Below, piece by piece: positions 57,978 to 64,000 of a stretch of 64,000 nt of DNA. Under the pieces are notes generated by a model. It saw only the letters and a list, made by a program, of their open reading frames with translations. It had not been told where the DNA came from and made no database searches. Positions within the stretch are counted from its first letter, which is position 1. Every line of letters begins with the position of its first letter. The translations under genes were made by a program, and so were the position numbers. The DNA is from an uncultured Rivularia sp. (GTDB lineage Bacteria > Cyanobacteriota > Cyanobacteriia > Cyanobacteriales > Nostocaceae), in assembly GCA_963665115.1 (NCBI GenBank), contig OY762007.1:800001-864000 (forward strand), given 5' to 3'.

Positions 57978-58616
57978 ATGAATCGCGTTCGAGTTCGTCA
58001 GCACGTTAATCCTTTAGGAATAAGATATCAAGCACCAATCGATCCAATTGATTGGGAAAAGATTTATGTAAATCCAAATCAACCTTTACTTTTAGATATT
58101 GGTTGTGCGAGGGGTCAATTTTTAATAGAAATGGCGCAGTTAGAACCCAACTGTAATTTTCTGGGTTTAGAAATTCGCGAACCTTTGGTGGAAGCAGCCA
58201 ATAAAATACGCTCGGAATTAGGATTGACTAATTTACACTATATTTTTTGTAACGCGAATACTTCATTAAAGCCAATTTTATCTTCCTTTCCACAAGGAAT
58301 TTTACAGCGAGTGACAATTCAATTTCCAGATCCTTGGTTTAAGAATCGTCACGCAAAAAGGCGCGTTGCACAACCGGAATTAGTGACAGAATTAGCAGAT
58401 TATCTCGCACCAGGGGGAACGGTATTTTTACAATCGGACGTTAAATTTGTCGAGATAGAGATGTGCGAACGTTTTGAAGAGAATCCTGCTTTTCACAGAC
58501 AAAGCAAAGAATGGTTAGCAGAAAATCCCTTACCAGTTGCAACGGAACGAGAATTATTTACATTACAAAAGAACGAACCCGTTTATCGTGCAGTATTTGA
58601 AAGAGTAATGCTGTAG
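57978..58616 (+). CDS. trmB: tRNA (guanine-N7)-methyltransferase
   Basis: [34 protein letters not shown]. Confidence 0.96.
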   Translation: MNRVRVRQHVNPLGIRYQAPIDPIDWEKIYVNPNQPLLLDIGCARGQFLIEMAQLEPNCNFLGLEIREPLVEAANKIRSELGLTNLHYIFCNANTSLKPILSSFPQGILQRVTIQFPDPWFKNRHAKRRVAQPELVTELADYLAPGGTVFLQSDVKFVEIEMCERFEENPAFHRQSKEWLAENPLPVATERELFTLQKNEPVYRAVFERVML

Positions 58617-58680
58617 AGACGTAGCAGTGCTACGTCTCCCAGTATTTAGATTTATTTTTAAAAATTGAAAAATTGGTGAA

Positions 58681-59217
58681 ATGGAATTAGGAGTTAAGAA
58701 TTTTGAAAATGTAGAACAAGCTTACGAATTTTTAAAGCAACTCGATGCACCACCAAGGTTAATTCGTCATGTTTGTTTAGTTGGTGAAGCTGCCGATTTA
58801 TTAATTCAAAAGTTTAATCGAATGAACGTTGATTTTGATGAAAAATTTGTTCGTTTGGGAGTAGCATTTCACGATACAGGCAAAATTATTCATTCTCAAG
58901 AACTTGTTTCTCCAGGTAATCAGCACGAAGCAGATGGAGAAAAACTATTAATTAGTAAAGGTGTAAGTTCTAAAATAGCTAGATGCTGTCTTTCTCATGC
59001 ACGATGGAAAACGATGGAATGTTCTCTTGAAGAATTGATAATTGCTTTGGCCGATAAACTTTGGAAAGGTAAGCGAGAAATTGATTTAGAAAAAGCAGTT
59101 ATTGAAAGGATATCTAAATTAATTGATCGAGATTTTTGGGAATTATTTATTGAATTAGATTCGCACTTTGAAACCATTGCTTCTCTTGGTGAAGAAAGAC
59201 TAGCTAGAAGCTTGTAA
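58681..59217 (+). CDS. HD-domain protein
   Basis: H...FHDTGK...H...SH...ALADK. Confidence 0.85.
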   Translation: MELGVKNFENVEQAYEFLKQLDAPPRLIRHVCLVGEAADLLIQKFNRMNVDFDEKFVRLGVAFHDTGKIIHSQELVSPGNQHEADGEKLLISKGVSSKIARCCLSHARWKTMECSLEELIIALADKLWKGKREIDLEKAVIERISKLIDRDFWELFIELDSHFETIASLGEERLARSL

Positions 59218-59261
59218 GTTATTTTAATCTTTAATCAAGCTCATTCTACTGAAATTAGATT

Positions 59262-59512
59262 GTAGGGTGTGCTGTCATGGAGTGCAACGCATCGCGATTA
59301 GCCTAGATAACCGCCTCGGTTGGCAATTCCAAGGCTTATATACAAAGTACGTTAAAACGCACTAAAGTCCTTGCTCAGTCTGATTTATCAGACTTTGTAT
59401 ATTAGCCTAAGAATTTATTCTAAGGCGGTTTACGAAGCCTCTCGCTAGCGATAGCCAAAGCTTGGCATATAGAATAATTTCCCGAATATTGCCGATTACA
59501 ATACGATGCGCT
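59262..59512. repeat. Long palindromic miniature element (59309-59430) inside a GTAG-type REP-like element
   Basis: AACCGCCT..GGCT.ATATACAAAGT / ACTTTGTATATTAGCC..AGGCGGTT nested inverted repeats; outer CGCATCG/CGATGCG. Confidence 0.6.
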
Positions 59513-59923
59513 GTTTAATTAAAGTGGCGATCGCCGGATCTTTTCCCATCGCGGATGAAGCACTTACGTAAATTGGCTAGGATGGAAGAGTCGTAAAATA
59601 TGTTTTGAAATACTTTTTGAAGAAGACATCGTGATGATTTTTTCGTGATGTTTTGGTTAATCATCAATAAATTTCAATATGTCAAGTAGCAATAGTTTAT
59701 TTTTATTATGAATTATGTAAGATAAAGATAAATTTTTAGCTTAGGGATAGTTAAGTTTGACTCGGCACAGAAAAATAGTATTGTAAACTACACAAAGTTA
59801 TAAAGATTTGTCAGTATCTAATTTAAAGCAAAAGATTAAAAGTGAGTGAATTACTGTATTTTAAGGTAAATTTGTGCGAGATTAGACTTACATAGATACT
59901 CTGATACTAAAAAAATAAACCTC

Positions 59924-60394
59924 ATGGATTCTTTATTTATCAACTCGTTACTTGAAGATTTGAAAAACCCGGATGAGGTAGTGCGTGAAGAAGCAACTCG
60001 CAAATTGTGGCGCTTATGGTTTCAGCAAAAGGGAGTTTACGGGTTAGAAAAAATCGAAGCTAGTCAAAAGTTATTAGATGCAGGCAAAATTACCGAAGCT
60101 GAAGAAATGCTGACGCAATTGATTGAAGCACAACCCGACTTTGCCGAAGCTTGGAATCGTCGTGCATTTCTGTACTACACGAATAACGAGTACGAAAAGT
60201 CTTTAGCCGATACCCAAGTAGCAATAGAACTTAATCCGCTACATTTCGGCGCACTTCACGGCATGGGCTTGTGTTATGCAGCTTTAGGAGAGTACGCAAG
60301 AGCAATAAATTCTTTTCAGCGTGCTTTAGCAATTCAGCCTTATTCTCTAATAAATCAGAAGTTGATTTTGGAATGCACGCTTAGAGTCAGTTAA
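59924..60394 (+). CDS. Tetratricopeptide repeat protein
   Basis: PDFAEAWNRRA, NPLHFGALHGMG TPR units. Confidence 0.88.
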   Translation: MDSLFINSLLEDLKNPDEVVREEATRKLWRLWFQQKGVYGLEKIEASQKLLDAGKITEAEEMLTQLIEAQPDFAEAWNRRAFLYYTNNEYEKSLADTQVAIELNPLHFGALHGMGLCYAALGEYARAINSFQRALAIQPYSLINQKLILECTLRVS

Positions 60395-60637
60395 AAGCGC
60401 ATAAATAAAGCTGTATTTAAGTTGGCTGCATTGGATAAATTCTTATTTGTGCCGACTTATTTAGAGGGGGAATTATTTTTTATTCGTAGATGGAGGAATA
60501 AATTTATAATGTGATTTACGATTAATTTGCCTATAACTACGTTTAAGTTAAAAATAATAAAATTTTAATTTTTAGACGAAAATGCCCATAATAAATATTC
60601 CCTTTTAAATTTAAAGGTAAATTACAACTTATGACGA

Positions 60638-60722
60638 TAGCTTGGGTTAAGCGCACGAAAAATAAGATTGCGCTCTAACCCAAAATTTGCGCCCTGGATA
60701 TTTTGTAATATTATTCACGAAC
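60638..60722 (+). repeat. Truncated copy of the GGGTTAAGCGCA REP-like element
   Basis: Direct repeat of the first part of 61298-61496. Confidence 0.75.
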
Positions 60723-60765
60723 ACTAAATTCAACATTTAATGTATTAACGTAAAATTTAGCATTT

Positions 60766-60951
60766 TTAAGGTGAAAAAATTTCTAAATCTTTACAAATAT
60801 TTTTAACTAAAATATCAACAATCTCACTATGTCTGGGAATTGCGGATGTTCTATTATTAGAAGGATTATAGTAAATTGTATGCTTGCCACCTTCTCGCAG
60901 AAAAAGACACCCATTTTCTTCTAAATGACGAATCAGTTTACGTCTTTTCAC
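60766..60951 (-). CDS. hicA: HicA family toxin
   Basis: 61 aa basic protein, REGGKH, IPRH. Confidence 0.92.
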   Translation of the reverse strand: MKRRKLIRHLEENGCLFLREGGKHTIYYNPSNNRTSAIPRHSEIVDILVKNICKDLEIFSP

Positions 60952-61172
60952 TAAATCTTGACTGTAATTGCTTCACGAATAACATTTTTACCTAAAATTT
61001 GTTGCTCTGCAAGTTCTCGATTTGATAATAAAATAAGTTCGATAGCCTCCTGCAAGCTTTCCCTTGCTGCTTCTAAAGTTATTTCTTGTACATTAGCACC
61101 GGGTAATTCTTGGACGTAACCAATATACCAATCGTCTACTTTTTCAAATACTGCGGTAAAAGAATTTTCCAT
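60951..61172 (-). CDS. hicB: HicB family antitoxin (short, no DNA-binding domain)
   Basis: YIGYVQELPG..Q..TLE.ARESL.EAI; 1-nt overlap with hicA start. Confidence 0.9.
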   Translation of the reverse strand: MENSFTAVFEKVDDWYIGYVQELPGANVQEITLEAARESLQEAIELILLSNRELAEQQILGKNVIREAITVKI

Positions 61173-61297
61173 CTATGTTAATTTATACAGGTAAACTTAT
61201 AATATTGGTTATTGTATTTCAACCAAATATTATTAATAAATAGAGTTTTGTTTTCAATTAAAGATTGAAACTCTAATATTATTTTATATTCTAACTA

Positions 61298-61496
61298 GTA
61301 GCTTGGGTTAAGCGCATGAATAATAAGCGTTTCATACATAAAATTAAGATTGCTCTGTAACCCAACATTTGCAGCCTGGATATTTTGCAATCTTGTTATT
61401 CCCGAGCATGATGTTGAGTTAGGACACTTTGGGAATCAAGTTTCTCGTTACAGATGTATTTTCTCAATCCTGTCTAAGCCAACCTACAAGCTACAG
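61298..61496 (+). repeat. Full-length GGGTTAAGCGCA REP/MITE-like element
   Basis: GTAGCTTGGGTTAAGCGCA...TAACCCAACA...TGTTGAGTTA...CCAACCTACAAGCTACAG; same family as 3407-3918. Confidence 0.75.
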
Positions 61497-61822
61497 ACTT
61501 CATATAAATATACATATCATCAAGGCTGCCATTCTCCGCATATAGCCTACTAGTAACATAAACTACCTATTTTTTTGTGAGAAAAGAAAATCAAGCCGTA
61601 TTAATACTGACTTTTTGCGAGTAAAATATGCTTAAATATCTCAGTACCGTATTGCTAAGAATATTTACTTAAATACCTTACGATGCATCGTAAAGGTTTT
61701 TAATATTTTTGTCTTGTGCTTTCCTGTTGTCTTGTTGTAATACAAGGCTTTGAGTGCGATTTTCCTAGAAATGGCAAGGGTAAAGGGTGACACTGTTTTA
61801 ATTCATAAGGAAGTTCTAGGCG

Positions 61823-63055
61823 ATGGCTTTTCTCCACCTCAACAAAAAATCATTCAAGTTTATAACAGCGACTTTCTTCGTATCCTCAAGCTGTTTTTTC
61901 GGTAATAGCGCATTTTCTCAAACTAGCAATGCGTCTACAGAAAATTATCCAACACAGATTCGTTTGGGAATTCGCACTACTTCCTCTGCGATTGGAAGCA
62001 AAAATATAGATGGTAGCTATGGTGGCTTCTGCGGAGAATTTTTGAAAACATTAGAGCAGGAATTAAGCAGACAAAACCAAAAAATCCCAGTCATAGCGCT
62101 AGATATAGCCAATCAGTATCGAGGAAGAGAATATCCTCGATATGACGGACTTATAAGTAATAAAGTTGAAATTGAATGTGGTCCTAATTCTACATCTTCA
62201 CTTAAATTGAAAGATACACGAGATAAAAAACCTTTCAGAGACAAGATAATATTTTCTAGAAGCAATTTTCATACTACCGGCATAAAGTTACTTTTAAAGA
62301 AAGAAACGGCAGAAGAATTACATAATACACCTCTAAAGCAGTTAGAAAATAAGCTTTCTACATTACGAATAGCTGCAATCAAAGGTACAACAACCTTCAA
62401 AGAATTTAGAGTTAATAGAAATTTCTATAATAGTTTCGTTTTCTATCCTAAGAGAAAGCAAGCTAATCAAAAATTAGATGTTCGAGATTTTGCCTTAGAT
62501 GATTTAGAGGCAGGTAAAGTCAAAGCATTTGCCAGCGATGCAATTATATTGCGAACTCTTTTGGAGAAAGGAGTTAAAGGTGAAGTTGGATATAGAAAAG
62601 ATAGACAACCGTTGAAAAATCAAAATTACGTTATATATCCTCCAGAGCCAGGTAAATATCTACCCAACCTAGAAAAACAACAATATGCGATCGCAATTAA
62701 TAAGAATACACAGTATGCCCGATGGCTGAGAAAAACAATAGACAAAGTTTTGAGCAATGCTAGTTTAAATCAAGCCAAACAATATATAAAAGAATACGAG
62801 AATGGGAAAGATACTTTATTAACTCAACTACCAACTCAAGCAGTTAAACCACCTCAAGCAACTGAAGCTGTTGAAACAACTGAAGATATTGAAGCAGTTG
62901 AAGCATCGGATCGAACAAAGAGTAATAAAAAGGATAATCCATTGTCAGATCCCAACGTTGTCATTGCTTTGATTACTGCACTATCAACCGCAGTACCAGC
63001 AATATTACTCGGATACTGGCAACATGGTAAAAAGGATAACGCAAAAAGTGAATAA
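61823..63055 (+). CDS. Amino-acid-type substrate-binding domain protein with C-terminal membrane anchor
   Basis: Signal peptide, GFC, VEIECG, AIKGTT, AFASDAIIL, YAIAI motifs; P/T/E linker then TM helix. Confidence 0.7.
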   Translation: MAFLHLNKKSFKFITATFFVSSSCFFGNSAFSQTSNASTENYPTQIRLGIRTTSSAIGSKNIDGSYGGFCGEFLKTLEQELSRQNQKIPVIALDIANQYRGREYPRYDGLISNKVEIECGPNSTSSLKLKDTRDKKPFRDKIIFSRSNFHTTGIKLLLKKETAEELHNTPLKQLENKLSTLRIAAIKGTTTFKEFRVNRNFYNSFVFYPKRKQANQKLDVRDFALDDLEAGKVKAFASDAIILRTLLEKGVKGEVGYRKDRQPLKNQNYVIYPPEPGKYLPNLEKQQYAIAINKNTQYARWLRKTIDKVLSNASLNQAKQYIKEYENGKDTLLTQLPTQAVKPPQATEAVETTEDIEAVEASDRTKSNKKDNPLSDPNVVIALITALSTAVPAILLGYWQHGKKDNAKSE

Positions 63056-63071
63056 GAAAATGGGGGTGTAT

Positions 63072-64000
63072 CTAAACAGTTACGCCTTCCAATTCCTCAT
63101 CAGCTAACTCATACATCTCGCGTAACTTCTGCAACTTATCTTCACTAGCATCCCAAAAACCTCTTCCGTGGGCTTCTAACATTCTACTTACAATATTTTT
63201 AAACGCTTCTGGATTGGCTTTCCTCAATTTTTCCGCCATTTCAGGATCTAAAGCATAAGTATCGACTGCTTGGTCGTATACCCAATCATCCGTAAAATCC
63301 GCAGTACCGCCCCAGCCAATCAACGCTGTCATTCGTTGCGATACTTCAAAGGCACCACCACTACCTTGATTCACCATCGCTTCCGCCCATTTGGGATTTA
63401 ATAACTTGGTGCGATATTCCATCCGCAATAAATCATCTAAGTCGCGGGGGGTAGTATCTTTAGAAAAACTTTCCACAAAGCTCGCTTTAACCTTTTTTCC
63501 ACCTTGTTTTTCCGCAGCTTTCTTCAAACCGCCAGTATTGCCGTAGTATTCTTGAATATCAGTCAAACCGTATTCCACCGAGTCAATTTCTTGGACAATT
63601 TGACTGGTATTTTGCAAAAGTTGGTTTAACACTTCCGGGCGTGCTTTCCCTTTATCTTCTCTTCCATAACTAAACACATTCCGACTTTGCCAAGTATTCG
63701 CTAACTCATCGCCCGATTCCCAATTACCATCAACAACTCGATCGTTTACCAGCGAACCAAAATCACCCGCAGGATTAGAAAATAATCTTGCTGAAGTATT
63801 CTCAACACCTTTTTCTTTTAACTCCAAAGCGTGCTTGCGAATGAAATTTTGATCTAAAGGTTCATCTTTATCCGCAGCACGTTGAAATAAATCGTCCAAC
63901 AACTCAATAATATTTACAAAACTATCGCGGAAAATCCCTGAAAGATTAGCCAAAACATCAATCCGGGGATGCCCAACCTCAGAAGCAGGTTTTAATTCAT
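63072..64000 (-). CDS. bchH: Magnesium chelatase subunit H (CobN/ChlH family), C-terminal part; runs off the window
   Basis: PRIDV..LSGIFRD, DSVEYGLTDIQEYY, RTKLLNPKW, LEAHGRGFW. Confidence 0.9.
   Translation of the reverse strand, partial: ELKPASEVGHPRIDVLANLSGIFRDSFVNIIELLDDLFQRAADKDEPLDQNFIRKHALELKEKGVENTSARLFSNPAGDFGSLVNDRVVDGNWESGDELANTWQSRNVFSYGREDKGKARPEVLNQLLQNTSQIVQEIDSVEYGLTDIQEYYGNTGGLKKAAEKQGGKKVKASFVESFSKDTTPRDLDDLLRMEYRTKLLNPKWAEAMVNQGSGGAFEVSQRMTALIGWGGTADFTDDWVYDQAVDTYALDPEMAEKLRKANPEAFKNIVSRMLEAHGRGFWDASEDKLQKLREMYELADEELEGVTV

Overview
AT-rich chromosomal segment from a cyanobacterium, most likely a filamentous Nostocales strain (frequent HIP1 GCGATCGC, heptameric STRR tracts, CP12, pds-crtB, Tic20 family). 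It contains core genes (glyA, rpsF, argG, rpsB-tsf, recG, guaA, trmB, pds/crtB, part of a Mg-chelatase H gene, tRNA-Ser-GCT), a Wzx/Wzy/Wzc exopolysaccharide cluster with an embedded GH5 endoglucanase, two sensor kinases and many small repeats or MITEs. The most notable items are: (1) a truncated IsrB (OMEGA) element with an intact-looking omegaRNA inserted into a decayed CDF transporter gene; (2) a ~260-bp ORF-less IS200/IS605-type element that seems to keep both ends and a TnpB-like guide-RNA scaffold; (3) a densely base-paired ~300-nt element of unknown type between rpsB and tsf; (4) a hicBA module bracketed by direct copies of a REP-like element; (5) three-level nested miniature elements; (6) recognisable t44 and S6:S18 leader RNAs. 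Eleven genes carry single +1 frameshifts, ten of them in G-runs followed by HC, which are probably systematic sequencing errors. All calls come from reading the sequence; no database searches were run.
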